From the NCBI RefSeq assembly GCF_036321535.1, contig NC_087436.1:38504001-38568000 (forward strand): 64,000 bases of DNA. Reading direction: 5' to 3'. This document shows, piece after piece, positions 1 through 13,129 of this stretch (its first letter is position 1; each line of letters starts with the position of its first letter). A program made the translations under genes and the position numbers. The notes beneath the pieces were generated by a model. It saw only the letters and a list, made by a program, of their open reading frames with translations. It had not been told where the DNA came from and searched no databases. This stretch comes from Camelus dromedarius (lineage: Eukaryota).

Positions 1-289
1 AGCAGAAAAGATACCAATCTTTGATAATTCAGCAGTAGGTGGATTGATCTTGTTCAGAGGATCATACTAATGAAAAAAGTTTTCTAAGAACTAATTCAAT
101 GTATTACAATCTGCTATATGCTATATGCATAAAGAAATGAAATACTGCAGGGTTTTTTTCCTAAATAGATATTCTTGTTTCTAGGACAGATAGTTCCATT
201 CAAATGCCAATTCCTAAGTATGTGTTAATTTGAATAGTAATGTTCTTTATATTTAAATAGCACTTCCGGGTACAGGAACACTCTGAGGT

Positions 290-420
290 ATAATTAACCC
301 TTTCAGTTCTAGAAACTGAAGCTCAGAGTGGTTAAGTGACCTGCCCATGATTACACAGTTTGCATCATACAGTTGCAATTAAGTGTTTAGATTCCAAATG
401 AACTTCTCTTCCACTTTAAT
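290..420. mobile_element. MIR SINE fragment
   Basis: MIR core-like gaaactgaagctcagagtggttaagtgacctgccca. Confidence 0.7.
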
Positions 421-618
421 ATCTACTTTCCATTGCTGTAATACTGCTTGTAAAAGAGCAGGGCCCATCAAAAGCCCAGTTACGAGGATGGTACAATCTA
501 CACATGCATACACATCAGTAACAACTGGATGCTGATAGTTTTACCTGGAATGGTGCTTAATATGTTAATATAAGTATTTAATGTAGTTTAATTTTTCTCC
601 CACTTTTTAATGTTGCAG

Positions 619-660
619 TTCTTCAAAACTAAAGGAAAAATGGCACTCTTTCTTTCAAAG
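619..660 (+). pseudogene. ARHGAP20-like: Exon a (42 bp), end of PH domain: SSKLKEKWHSFFQ(R)
   Basis: tgttgcag| acceptor, |gtattt donor; resembles ARHGAP20 SPEQKDKWLSLLQR; phase fits next exon. Confidence 0.8.
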
Positions 661-1306
661 GTATTTTGTTAGTATAACACATATTTTAAATCTTTAATCC
701 ATGATAAAAGAGTGCAAATCTCTGCAAGGCAGTGCCCCCAAGCTTTCCTCCTTCTCATTGGTAGGAACTGTTAGACTACCCTTGAATAACTTCTTTAGAT
801 TTACCCTGGTTGCTACTGCAAATAATGTTCTCTCATTTACATGCATGTTCTGCTTATTTTTCCTTGTTCTGGTTATCACTCTCATCTTCCCCTTCTCTCC
901 ATCCTAATGATTGGAGCTAACATTATTCTCAAAATATATATTAAATTTCCATAAGTGCAGGTTACTTACTCTACTGAGTGATTCTCAAAGCAACTGCTAC
1001 TTCCTACCCTTGAAGCCAGGAAGGCACTGGGCCCTCCAATCTAGGTAGGACAAGCTCTGAGGACATGGATCTGCTCCCCAAATATTGCATGACAAAGGCA
1101 AACTGTTATTTCCTGGGTCATATCTTATTTTCCTGAAATATTATTGCATATTTTCTCCCAACCCCTAATTTGATTTTGCTGAGTCTATCTATATACTTTT
1201 GAAAATAACAAAGTATATTTAAAATATTAGCAATATAGATTGATTTGAAAATAAGCTAATAGCTAATCCATCCGCTCAATTTTGGGTTTTTATTGAATTT
1301 GATTAG

Positions 1307-1391
1307 GCACATCAATCTAGCCAAAGAGAAGGACCAGCCAAAACGCATCCCCCTCAAAACCTTCCCTGAGGACATCAAGAACTGTGCCTGG
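1307..1391 (+). pseudogene. ARHGAP20-like: Exon b (85 bp): HINLAKEKDQPKRIPLKTFPEDIKNCAW
   Basis: gattag| acceptor, |gtaagt donor; resembles YINLEKEKDYPKSIPLKIFAKDIGNCAY. Confidence 0.9.
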
Positions 1392-1451
1392 GTAAGTGCT
1401 TTTAGGACCAAAAATTAAATTCCAAGTTCCTGACTTAGAAAAATGAAAGTG

Positions 1452-1556
1452 ACAGAGATAGGGATAGATGGATGCATGGACAGATCGATCGATAGATAGA
1501 GACAGAGAAAGAGAGACAGGGAGAGTAGAAGGGAGAAAGACAGAAGAAGAGGAGAA
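1452..1556. repeat. GATA/GA-rich simple repeat
   Basis: gatagatagatagagacagagaaagagagacagg purine tract. Confidence 0.75.
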
Positions 1557-1869
1557 TTTAGAAAGCACTTTGTGGGAACATGTATTTTGCTGTAAAAATG
1601 TGTGTCTTTCTATATATAAAAAGTGAATCCCATGCAACATAAATCAAGAAGAATCCACCACAGCTACAGTGCTTAAGCATGGAAAGAACAGTGCCAGTTA
1701 GGTGTCCATAGTATTTCTCTGGATCCCTCTAATAGCAATTATAGTTGATTAACAAAGTGATTGTTACAAGCAGGTATTTCCTCTTGGAATTAAACTTTTT
1801 TTCCCCTAAGTGTTGCTACTTACATACATTGTGGTTTGGGTTGTTCCCATAGGGTTGTTTTTTTATTTT

Positions 1870-2260
1870 TTTTCCCTGTAATGTTTTATTTGGAATAATT
1901 ACAAACTTACAGAAAAATCACAAAACACCCCATATACCCTTTATCTAGATTTACCTATTTAGTAACATTTTGCCTTATTTCTTTCTCTGTCTCCCTCTCT
2001 TTCTCTATATATGTGAATGTCTCTATTTTTGAGGGTCATATATACACCATGGCCTTTTATCCTGAAACACTTAAGGTATGTCCTAAGAATAAGGATATTC
2101 TCTCATATAACTGACAGACAGATATGACCTTTAGTAAATTTAACTTTGGTGTAATACTTTAATTTACCATTCATGTTCCCATTCTGTCAGCTGACCTCAA
2201 TGATGTCCCCATTCTAGTACAGGATCCACGCAATGGATAGGTATTGCTTCCAGTTATGTC
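1870..2260 (-). mobile_element. Old L1 (L1MC/ME-type) 3' UTR fragment
   Basis: ttttatttggaataattacaaacttacagaaaa...cccatatacccttta resembles antisense old L1 3' ends. Confidence 0.6.
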
Positions 2261-2799
2261 AAATGCAGAAGAATTATGAAACGTCTTTCATTCTGAGGAA
2301 TGTCAAAATAAAATTGAGCTGAGAGGGATGACACTTTGAAAGGATCAGCTTATATCTTACTCATTTTGCTCATGCTATTGGGGAGGGAAATCACACTAAT
2401 TATTTGTATATAATTTTATTTCCAAAAGTGTAGTGCAGTAGCCAAAATATTTACAGTGAAGATTTTCTGGGTATTCTTAATGAAACTTGGTTCTGCTATA
2501 GTTGACACTGGCTCTAAATCACACAAAATAGTATTTTGAAGGTAGAAAAAGAGGTAGTTTAAGACAGTTCTTTCCTGGCCAATAGCAAAAGCCATGCAAA
2601 TATTCTGATCTGTTTCTGAGCACCAGATAAACAGTGCTTGAGGGAGATGAGACTAGACAGTCCTCTTGTAGCAAAATATACTCTTGACTCTGCCAGCTTT
2701 GATTTGTGGCAGTGGGTTACATTCAGAATTTTTCAAGGAAAATCACCTTGATTTTTTAAATTAATTTTATTTATGTGTAATTTATACAAAATAAATATT

Positions 2800-3720
2800 T
2801 CTGATGTTCATTCCTGAAGATCCAAGTTTCCTCTAGCACTACTTCATTTCATTCTGGAGAAACTTTCCTTGGCTTTTCTTGTGCAGATCTGGTACCAACA
2901 GATTTTCTTAGTTTTTTTTAATCTGAAAATGTCTATTTCATTTTCACTCTCAAAAGTATATTTTTGCTAGATACAGAATTTTGTTTGCAAATATTTCCTT
3001 TCAGCACTTCAAAGATATTCCACTGTGTTTTAGACTCTATGTTTTCTGAGTATTCTGTGCTCAAACATTAATCCTCTGTATGTTATTTGTCATTTTTCTT
3101 CAGTTGCTTTCAAGATTTTCTCATTATTTTTGGTTTTTAGCAGTGTGGCTATGAAGTGCCAAAGTATGGTCTTCTTTGAATCTATCCTGTTTTGTATTTT
3201 CTTAACTTCTTGAATTTGTAAATTTGTTTTCACCGAGTCTGGGAAATTTTAGTCATTATTACCTCAAATATTTTTTCTTCCCCATTTTCTTTCATCTCTC
3301 CTCCTCAGATTCCAGTTACACATACATTGGACCATCTGGTATTGTCCACAGATTCCCTCAGGCTCTGTTACTTTTTTTCTATCTTTTCTCCTCCTCTTTC
3401 TTCTTCAGACTAGATAATTCCTATTATTTATTTCCAAATCACCAAATCTTCCATTTGCCATCTCCATTATGCAATTTAGCTCATCCAGTAAATTTTTCCT
3501 TTCAGACATTTTTCAGATTAACAAAATTCTATTTTTACATATTTTCAATTTCTATGCTGAGATTCCTGTATTATTATTACAAGCATATTTTCATTTATGT
3601 TATTGAGCATAATTGTGATGTTTTTGGCTAATAATTTGAACATCTAGATCATCTTGGGGTTAACCTAAACTTTTGAGAATAGATCACATTTTTCTGCTTC
3701 TTCATATATCAAGTAACACT
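2800..3720 (-). mobile_element. Old L1 ORF1-region fragment, degenerate
   Basis: T-rich antisense L1 motifs (cctttcagcacttcaaagatattccactg; gggaaattttagtcattatt); explains spurious ORF 3224..3631. Confidence 0.7.
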
Positions 3721-5288
3721 TCAGTTCAGATGGGGGGAAAGATCACATTTTCATTTCTTCAAATTATTTGAGAAAATATTTTTTGAAAGTTATTTATTTA
3801 TTAAAAAAAAAACTCTATCTACTGGAACTTATGTGTCTTTTAGAACTGGTAAGATGCAAGAAGAAATACATATATCACTGAAATTACTATTTTGAACATA
3901 ATATGTTCCTAATGCCAGGGAAAAACATTATCTTACAGACCAGATAAGTTAGGGAGTGATAACTAGTATTTCAAAAGACTTTTTTAAACAAAACATTTGA
4001 TGGGAGAGTTTTTAAATTGTATTGAAGGGTTTTCAGACATTAAAAAATAGGAGAACCATTACTTTTAACTATATCCCAAGCTAAAACCCAGTGTTTGAAG
4101 CCTCCTGGGCAATTTAGCATAGGAAGCCCCCAAAGTCCCTGCATTTTGGTGCTGGGAGCCATATTGCTGGCTTCCAAAACACCTTTTCATAATCCTCAGT
4201 ATTACAGTAGTTTAAAATCAATAAACACTTTTGTTTAAAAGTCTTATTATGAAACAACTTTCAGGGCCATCTGATATATCAAGCAATTGAACTGAATTCA
4301 TAAGAAAAACACAATTGAAGGACAAGTAATGAATTATGAAAGGGTCTCCTTTAACTTTGTTTTTAATATCATTTTTAAAGCCTGTGAGTGTCCACTTACA
4401 CTGTTTGTCTTCTTTAAGCACTGTTTATCAGTGTACACTGGCCTCACCGTCTGATAATACCACAAAACCTGTGTGCATGGTAAATGTTCTTGGCTGTATA
4501 TCATCTCATTTTAAAATGTCTTTTAGAATTCAGATAGTTTGATAAGTATTATCTCAATTCTGTTAACCCCTTTCAGGTAATTTTCTGTAAATTGTCTTCC
4601 TATTTTTATGGAGCAGTTTCTCAATGTGAGGTGTGGAAAAGAGCTATTATAAATACCCTATTCACTGGCACAGTTGAGAATGGAACTTAAATTTGTAAAA
4701 TTTTCAATCTCATTTCCTAGATTCATTGGTTTTATTTACTTGATTCAACAGATTTCAATAATGTAAATCTTAGTAACCATGATACCTGAAAAAAAAAGTA
4801 CTCACTAAATAGCAGTTTTTAAAAAAATGTCTATTTACAGCCAGTTCTTCTTCTAACTTTACTGAGTACATTATTACAAGGAAATAAAGCCATACTACAA
4901 AAACGCAACTCAGGAAGAGAGACTAGGGTCCAGCTCCTGCTTTTTAAACTATCCTTCCTCCATTAATAGAAATAGCCTTGAGGTGCTGAGGACCAGCCCA
5001 TGGGCCCTCTTGGAATTCTCAGCCTTTCTCTTTCTTGCTTAAGCTGTTATATTCTGTGTGCCACAAATGCTTTGAGAGAAATACCTGTTTTACTAAAATG
5101 CTTACTGCTAGCTTAACGTTATATAAAGGAATGAAAATAAATTGCAGTTGGGGTTGTGCTCTATATGCACTTAACTTTGTCACTGCCTGAATATAAGCTT
5201 TGCCTTTAGAATACAGATAATAATTTGATAATAATTATTTATTCACCTGTTTTAATTTTTGGCAATTTTTCTTGTTTATTTTTTACAG

Positions 5289-5373
5289 TCTGTAACTATA
5301 ACAGTCACATATTCAGACACAGTGAATGATGTTATAAACATGTCACTTCCAATGCTAGGAATGTAAGTTAACT
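5289..5373 (+). pseudogene. ARHGAP20-like: Exon c, RA domain: SVTITVTYSDTVNDVINMSLPMLG, 3' end disrupted by a 7-nt insertion
   Basis: ttttacag| acceptor; resembles SKTITVMNSDTANEVINMSLPMLGIT; end reads gga at[gtaagtt]a act|gcaagtt. Confidence 0.88.
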
Positions 5374-6714
5374 GCAAGTTATTTTTAGTTAAAAACCAAC
5401 TTTGATTTTTCAGATTTGTGTGTGTTTGTGTGCGTGTGTATAATGTACCTCCCATCATATGACAGCTGATTACTACAGACTGGTGAATCACATTTTGTCT
5501 CCCGAAATTTAGAAATTAAAGATGGTAAAGCTCTATTATTAGTCTATACAATAGTGTTATTCTTGTATTACCATTTTAAATTTTGTGTAAATTGAAAGTC
5601 ATAGCATAATGAATTCAGGCTATAATTTTAGAGTGCTAATAACATGACTTTTTATTGTATACATTATATACATATACAATAAAATATAAGATTCTAAATA
5701 CTTCCTCCTCTATTGAACTGTTTTTCTGTAACTTCTTTCCTGATACCTCCGATCCCATCCTCATTAATCCTGATTGTCATCTGAGGACTCCATCTCAGTA
5801 TGAATAAATCTTAAATGATGTGTTTTGTTCTAAATTTTGACATAAAGACCACCTGGCTAGAAGCTACATCCCCTTGATGCAGGTCCTGAGAATGAGATAG
5901 CCAATGCCTTTGTGAACTGGTAAAGGAGACAAGTTCTGAATAAGACTGTGGATCTGGTGACATTTGTGTACCCATCACTTTCATCCTGTTTTGCTTTCAA
6001 GTGTCTGCTCCTTTATGTTTTGTTAGGGTTGTTCTGAGTTGTTGGGAAATTTTTTGGTGAAAGAGATGGCTATATTTGAGGATAAGGCTGCATAAGGGAA
6101 AAGTGAGGAAGACTGACATTCAGATGGACAGAACTGAAGGAAGTACAGCTCCTTACATAAAACTCTCTGTGAATATGCAAACGACTTACTGTTGTGATAT
6201 GACATAATTACAATATTTGTATTTAAGTTTTGTCTGACTCAATGGTATAATAAAGCCCTTTAAAAACTCAGGGGAACCAGAATTTGGTATAAGAAATGAA
6301 TGATTTCTGTACAAATAAAATTTAATAAAACATTTAAAAAAAAATTGAGTTTATATGCACTACCTCTGCACTGATTAAAGCATACCTCTGCACTGATTTC
6401 TAACTTACATGATATATATGCCCTGAATAAAAATTAAATCTCAGAGAGAGTAAATGGTTTTAGGGATAAGGATGGGGAGATTGATTAATGATAGAGCTCA
6501 TTTATTTTATTTTTATACTGTTCCTTTACTTGAAGTGATCAATCTCACTAGATAAGAAAAATTTTCTATTTTAATGAAGAACTGGGATTATTTACCTATA
6601 TATGTATGACTGATTTAAGGGATTCCAACATAGTGTTTCCAATCATCACCTTAAAAGGAAAGACTTTTATTAGCTCTCACTCCTTATCTGCAATATAATT
6701 TTGAGCAGTTTTAG

Positions 6715-6715
<1 letters not shown>

Positions 6716-6779
<64 letters not shown>
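6716..6779. repeat. (TG)32 perfect microsatellite
   Basis: Direct reading of the sequence. Confidence 0.98.
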
Positions 6780-6780
<1 letters not shown>

Positions 6781-7622
6781 TTCCATACCTGGGATCCTGC
6801 CTCCTCCATGGAATCAGGAGTCAAGGGCAAGCATTGTATCTATCACAAACAATTCTATTTCAAACATTTTTATTTTATCCTCTCCTGGAAGACTCTTAAA
6901 TAATGCAGCAGTCTTTATAATTTACACTTGTTTCAAGTGGGACTTCCAGTATCCTAGGCAGCGATTCTGCTGGGAGAGACTGTTTGTACACCTGACTTGT
7001 TCTCTAGGTTAGAGTCCTTGTCCCTCTCTCCCTCACATGGGGCTTGTCTGCACCAAAGCCAGTGAAATGACTTTACTCTGACATCTCCTCAAGGACTTTG
7101 GGGCATGTGTCTCCTTTTGCTCATGGTTGCTGAGCATGAGCCTTTCAAGCTTTACTTGGTCAAGAATAGTCTTGGCAGGGTATGTGGCTCTCTGGACAAC
7201 ATGCTTGTCTGGGCAGGGACACCTGAAGGAAAAGCCAGTGTTCTCCAAGGAGTCTGGAGACAGCAGAAAGAACTCAAGATTAGACTTCTTCTCCATAGTG
7301 AAGAGGCATTACCATGATTTTTTTATGTCATGGGCCACCCACAGAGGGACTGATTGCACTGTGATTCTACAGATTCTCAGCCTTTATCAAAAGGGGCAAG
7401 AATCTTGGACGGTCCTTTGGAGGCTGCAAGGGGGATTGCTGATATCAGCACTGTTAACTCAAAAATTGTAGCCACCCCCTGGATCAAATAGCATTTATAT
7501 GGGCCCAAATTCTTTCTTTTTGGAAATACAGAAATGCTAAGGAACTGTGCTCTTACAGTACCTACTGCGAAATATTTGCAGTGACACACAGGTTATTTGT
7601 TTGTTTGTTTTTTGTCTTCAAG

Positions 7623-7689
7623 GGCTCTGAGAAAGATTACCAGCTGTAGGTCAGTTCTGGCAAGAAAGAGGCCTTATACCCACTCAGTG
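7623..7689 (+). pseudogene. ARHGAP20-like: Exon d (67 bp): GSEKDYQL*VSSGKKEALYPLS(G), premature TAG at 7647-7649
   Basis: gtcttcaag| acceptor, weak |gttaag donor; resembles GSERDYQLWVNSGKEEAPYPLIG, with TAG at the Trp position. Confidence 0.9.
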
Positions 7690-8240
7690 GTTAAGTGTCA
7701 GAGAAAACCTAAGATGAGGTTGATGGGGTTAAAATTGTAACTCTAAAGTCTCTAAGTAATGGTTAGTCAGTCCTTACAAGTGAAAATCTTATGCAACAGT
7801 CATTCATACATTTATTCAATAATTCCAGGCACTTATTCTATTCCAGGTGTGGATAACATCTCTTCATTCAGCAGCTTATGGTCTAGTTGGGGAGAGAAAT
7901 GTGGATTTTTCTTCTCTATTTTTTTTTTTTACTTGACAAACAGCTATATTGAAAAATGTTATTTACATACTTATTTACTCATTTACTTACCTACTTGGGT
8001 GTGAAAGCAACAAAAATTGGAATTTCTTTTACTCATACATTATTTTTCATAATCCAGTCTTCAAGTCTTCTGTTCCATTTCCTAACTAGTAAGTAGTCTC
8101 TATTTTATGAGAATCTTCTAAAATCTAGCCATGCTGCTGAATCCAAGTACAAATATTTATTTAACAGCTGCTCTATGTCCAAAACTTCTCTCAGCATCAT
8201 AAAGAAAATGAGAAAATCACATTCAGACTCTTCAAGTCTT

Positions 8241-9642
8241 TTTTTTTAATTGAAGTACAATCAGTTATGATTTGTCAATTTCTGGTGTACAACATAATGT
8301 CCCAGTCATGTATGTGTGTATATATTCATTTTCATATTCTTTTTCATTAAAAGTTATTAGAAGATATTGAATATAGTTCCCTGTGCTATACAGAAATTTA
8401 TTTTTTATCTATTTTTATGTATAGTGGTTAACATTTGCAAATCTCAAACTCCCAGATTTATCCCTTCCCACCCCCTTTCCCCTGGTAACCATAAGATTGT
8501 TAACTATGTCTACAAGTCTGTTTGTTTTGTAGATGAGTTCATTAGTATCCTCCTTTTTTTCTTTTTTTTTAAGATTCCACATATGAATGATATCATGTGG
8601 AATTTTTCTTTCTCTTTCTGGCTTACTTCACTTAGAATGACGATCTCTAGGTCCATTCATGTTGCTGCAAATGGCATTATTTTATTCTTTTTTATCATTG
8701 AGTAGTATTCCATTGTATAGATATACCACATCTCCTTTATTCAGGCCTCTGTCAATGGACATTTAGGTTGTTTCCATGTCTTGGCTGTTGTATATAGTGC
8801 TGGGGTGGATATATCCTTTCAAATTAGAGTTCCCTCTAGATACATGCCCAGGAGTGGGATTGTGGGATCGTATAGAAAGTCTATTTTTAGTTTTTTGAGG
8901 ACTCTCCATACTGTTTTCCAAAATGGCTGCACCAAACTGCATTTCCACCAACGGTGTAGGAGAGTTCCCTTTTCTCCACACCCTCTCCAGCATTTATCAT
9001 TTATGGACTTTTGAATGATGGCCATTCTGACTGATGTGAGGTGATAACCTCATTATAGTTTTGATTTGCATTTCTCTGATAATTAGTAATATTGAGCATT
9101 TTTTCATGTGCCTATTGGCCATTTGTATGTTTTCATTGGAGAATTGCTTGTTTAAGTATTTTGCCTATTTTTGGATTGGGTTATCTGTTTTATCATTAAG
9201 TTGTATGAGCTGTTAATATATTCTGGAAATTAAACCTTTGTCAGTCACATCATTTGCAAATATTTTCTTCCATTCTGTAGGTTGTTGTTTTGTTTTGCTT
9301 ATGGTTTCCTTTGCTGTGCAAAAGTTTGTAAGTTTAATTAGGTCCCATTTGTTTATTTTGCTTTTATTTCTATTGCCTGGGTAGATTGCCCTGGGATAAC
9401 GTTAAGATTAATGTCAGAGAATGTTTTGCCTATGTTTTCTTCTAGGAGGTTTATAGTGTCTTGTCTTATGTTTAAGTCTTTAAGCCGTTTTAAGTTTATT
9501 TTTGTGTATGGTGTGAGGGAGTGTTCTAACTTCACTGATTTACATGCTGCTGACCAGTTTTTCCAACACCACTTGCTGAAGAGACTGTCTTTTCTCCATT
9601 GTATATTCTCATCTCCTTTGCTGAAGATTAACTGACCATAGG
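8241..9642 (-). mobile_element. Young 5'-truncated L1 (about 1.4 kb; ORF2 C-terminus plus 3' UTR) with perfect target-site duplication
   Basis: Minus-strand ORFs match L1 ORF2p ([40 protein letters not shown]); poly-T at left; tcagactcttcaagtctt at 8223-8240 and 9643-9660. Confidence 0.96.
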
Positions 9643-10089
9643 TCAGACTCTTCAAGTCTTCACTGACTAAACCATCTGTACTTAGCTGTTTCTCCGACTG
9701 AGTTTACCAGCATTGCTCTTGAGGTTTTTGATAAATAGATTACACTTCACTTCTCCTAAAACAGTTATTAGAGGAAGTTAGCTAATATTCTTGGATGAGC
9801 AAATCTGTTCAATGTGGTCGGTGAAAATAGAGGGATTAAAACAAGAGAAAAGACAGGATCTGTAGCAGAACTTGCAGTATAGTAATGGGAACAATGATTT
9901 CTGCTAGAAATCTTGGAGCATTCCCTCTTACATGCATTATCTTTTTTTTTTTTTTCTAATCCATTCAACCATCCTATGAAGCTATTATTCTTTTTCAAGT
10001 GATCTGAAGACTGTCTTCAAGTGATCTGGAAAACCTAAACAATCAATTTTTTCCTAAGAAGTGTATATTCCCAGTCTTAGAACACATTA

Positions 10090-10520
10090 AGTCACTAAGT
10101 ACATAGGTGAGGACACAATCCCCTCACCCACTTTTTTTTTTTTAATGTTGACATCTTTGTAAAAGTTAGTCAGCAATAAAGTGAAAAAAATGAATATTTA
10201 AATATATTTATTTTAATAAAATGCATTAATTCAGATAAAACCATGTAGATGACTACTTTCAGGCTTAGAACAGCTTCACACACCATGGTTAAGGTCCTAA
10301 GGAATCCTAAAAGCATGTCATTCATGATGATTGCATTAGCAGTCATTCTGAGGGCATTTTTTACATCCTCTCAATTCTCAATTGTGGACTAGCTTCTGGT
10401 TATCCTGGTGGTTTGGTTGTATTTTATTGCTGTCATGGAAGCTTCCTTTGTCTTAAAAGAAGGAAGGAACTGTGATTCTTGTTCTGAACAGAACACTGAC
10501 ATTGCATTTACACCAGATGA
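10090..10520 (-). mobile_element. Possible Tc1/mariner-like transposase relic
   Basis: Frame-shifted minus-strand translation gives VLF.EQ..SFKTKE..F..NKIQ..PPG*PEASP.IEN*EDVKNALR..CEAVL, resembling the Tc1 DDE C-terminus. Confidence 0.35.
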
Positions 10521-11453
10521 AAAGCAAAACCAAGAGCTCCCCAAGTTACATTCAGTAATAAATCAGAAATGAAAGAAAAAGACCTTTCATACTATCCTTA
10601 AAAAATGAAAGCTATGTCACTGCACAAGGTCTTTGAGAATCCTATGGGGAGGAAGCAATTTAAGGCATGAAAGAGAAAACAAATCACTTAGCAGGCAATT
10701 CCTGGTGATTTCTGGTGTGGTTTTCCACTCTGTAAACACTGTTTTGCACTTTGCTTCTGGGTTTCAAACACCATGCAGCCTTGCCTCTGATCACTCTCTG
10801 GCAGGACCCCCTCAAAGGGAAGGCAGCAGTGGGAGGGAAACATAGCCAAACCACCCCACTGCTCTTGAATAGCTCTGGCTATTGAACTCACAAAAGGAAA
10901 TGAAAAATCTGTTGGTTGAACTGACATGTGTAAGAGAATAGTGATCATTGCCATTATTAACATACATAGTCCAATTATTTTAAAAAAAGTAAGCATCGAT
11001 GTTTATCAATATATTTACACTGGTCCTTATCAGGCTATGTGAGAGTAAGTGTTTAAAAGGAGAAATGTAAGACAGGTGATTTGCCTAAGATGTACAGATC
11101 TAGTTAATTTGTCAAGGCAGAAACTAGACGGCCTTTAAAACCCTCAGATGGAAACACAACAAAAGTCAACACTGTGCAATGCACCAACAGGTCTATACAT
11201 TCCAAACCAAGCAACATGTCTAAAAACATTTTCTCTTTACTTTTCAAACTCTTTTGCTTGGGCACCTGCTTTTTGCAGGGTGTCCCCTCATGAGAGCACA
11301 CATCATGCTCACTCAGAAGACACAGATTTTTTATCCAAAGGCCCCAGAAGAACCAAAGCCACATCAGTGTGGTGCCCTCACTCACAGTAAGGTAGGTTTG
11401 ATCACACCCATCACCAGTAGCCTGAATCTGTATTTAGATTTTTCTCCACACAG

Positions 11454-11642
11454 GGCATGAACATCCCTATTGAATTAAAATGAGCCATCTTCCAGCTTCT
11501 GCGCTCCTGCCACAGGGACCAGAGGACTCCACCTCTCCTTCCACCCTCCAGGAGGCCTTTCTCTTACAGGAGGAGTCCCCAGAGATTCAAGGCCAGTTCA
11601 TCCTGAAGCCCAGGCACCCAGCCAGGAGCCAGCAGGGGAGCA
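11454..11642 (+). pseudogene. ARHGAP20-like: Exon e (189 bp): HEHPY*IKMSHLPASALL...QGQFILKPRHPARSQQGS, premature TGA at 11471-11473
   Basis: ccacacag| acceptor, |gtgagc donor; resembles GHEYPYGIKMSHLRDSALL...QCQFILKP; overlaps ORF 11480..11698. Confidence 0.9.
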
Positions 11643-11849
11643 GTGAGCCCCTTCTCTTCCTGCAAGTGTCTTCTCTTGGCTCACGTCTCTACTCCTGAAA
11701 CCAAACTCATGACACAGAGCCGATTGTCCATGTGGGGTGGGGGAGATAGCATAGGTGGGCACTCAATACCCACCCAGGAACAAGCTCAGAGACTCACTTC
11801 TAGGAAGGTTTAGTTTTTGTTTTTGTTTTTTCAATTCCTCTAGACAGAC

Positions 11850-12022
11850 AGCTCCCTTCTCTGTATCCCCAGAGCACTTCCTACATAAAATTATGTGTGT
11901 CTATGTCTGTGTGTTTTATGAGAACACAAGCTTCTTACAGCCTGGGAACACATCTTCCCTGTCCCAGGGTTTTGTCAGCATCTCAGGCCCCCACAGGAAG
12001 TGGTTAGATGACTGTATGACTT
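11850..12022 (+). mobile_element. L2 3' end fragment
   Basis: Degenerate L2 terminal motif ending gatgactgtatga. Confidence 0.4.
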
Positions 12023-13129
12023 AGGCACATCTGGAATGGAAGAACTCCAGTGGAGCAGAGTTATGGAATTGAACTGGATTCTATTCTGGGCTTAGGTTGA
12101 ACCGGTCTTGAGGGTTCCAGTTAGAAATGAACTCTCATTTCTACCCCTATAGCAAGCTCACTCTCCATGTCTGCTTTAGACTCATGTTGCAACTGGAACC
12201 AGACTGAATGTTTATGGTTGTGTTGTTTTTCTTTTTCTCTCCTGCAATTTTTCCCCCACCGTTCCAATATTGTCCCATTGACATTTCTTTCTTTGAAGAA
12301 AATATGTTATTTATTTGGGAAATATTTGGACCAGAAGAGAATTTCTACTTTCCACTAAGAAAGTATTTTTATTGTTATGATTGTTATTTTATAAGCACAA
12401 TGTTTCAAAAGTTTTATTTTTTACTACTCAAATCCTAATTTGAGCATGAGGAAACATTAACTTAAATCTTGCCAGGAAAGGCAAGGAAGGCAAGGTTATA
12501 AAGTTAGCTTGTTTAATAGTCCCCCTACTTTTCATAGCTATCGCATATATTTTTATTGGTCACAGAGGCCACGTGAACTCTAACACCAAACAATGTACAT
12601 TACAAAAGGTCCAACTAAGCCTGAAAAAAGTACAGGACTCAGTGTCTACTCTGCTTTCTGTCTATGCTCATACAGTAGCTGGACATACAGCTTTGTAACA
12701 AGGGATAGAGCACTCTTCTTAAGAGCACCCCTCTTATGAAAGCTGAGCAATTGAATACATTTGGAGAGTTTTAGAAATAATAAAATTAGGTTAAGAGTAA
12801 GGAAACCAGGTTGCATAAAACAACTCAACCTATATAAACATGTGTCTTAAACAAACATTTGTACATGTTAATGTAGAGAATATCCTCCTGGTTTTAAGAC
12901 TGTATTTGCTCTCTTTCTTCTCTCCTTTTAAAATGACAGAGGTATGACTGTCAGAGCAGGAAGAGCCTTAGTTAGGGAGAGTGGTGGCACTCCTTCATGA
13001 CTGTATATCTTCTCAAAGCTGCAAAATCAAATGGAGAATGGGGGTGGGGTCTGCTCTGGGGGAAGGATACTGATGTCTAGGCTGCCTTAGGCCCTGTGAG
13101 TGAGGGAAATCACTTTGATGAAGGCTGCT

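Noticed and set aside
3224..3631. 135-aa Phe-rich ORF
   Set aside because: Antisense reading of a T-rich old L1; no recognisable domain.
6358..6398. Short two-copy direct repeats (also near 9995-10028, 39326-39350 and 62806-62836) as a CRISPR-like array
   Set aside because: Only two copies each, with no spacers or cas genes; ordinary slippage duplications in a mammalian genome.
6701..7012. Cys-Val repeat ORFs
   Set aside because: Translation of the (TG)32 microsatellite.
7033..7471. Overlapping ORFs on both strands
   Set aside because: No recognisable homology, splice context or retrocopy hallmarks; lies in an intron of the RhoGAP pseudogene.
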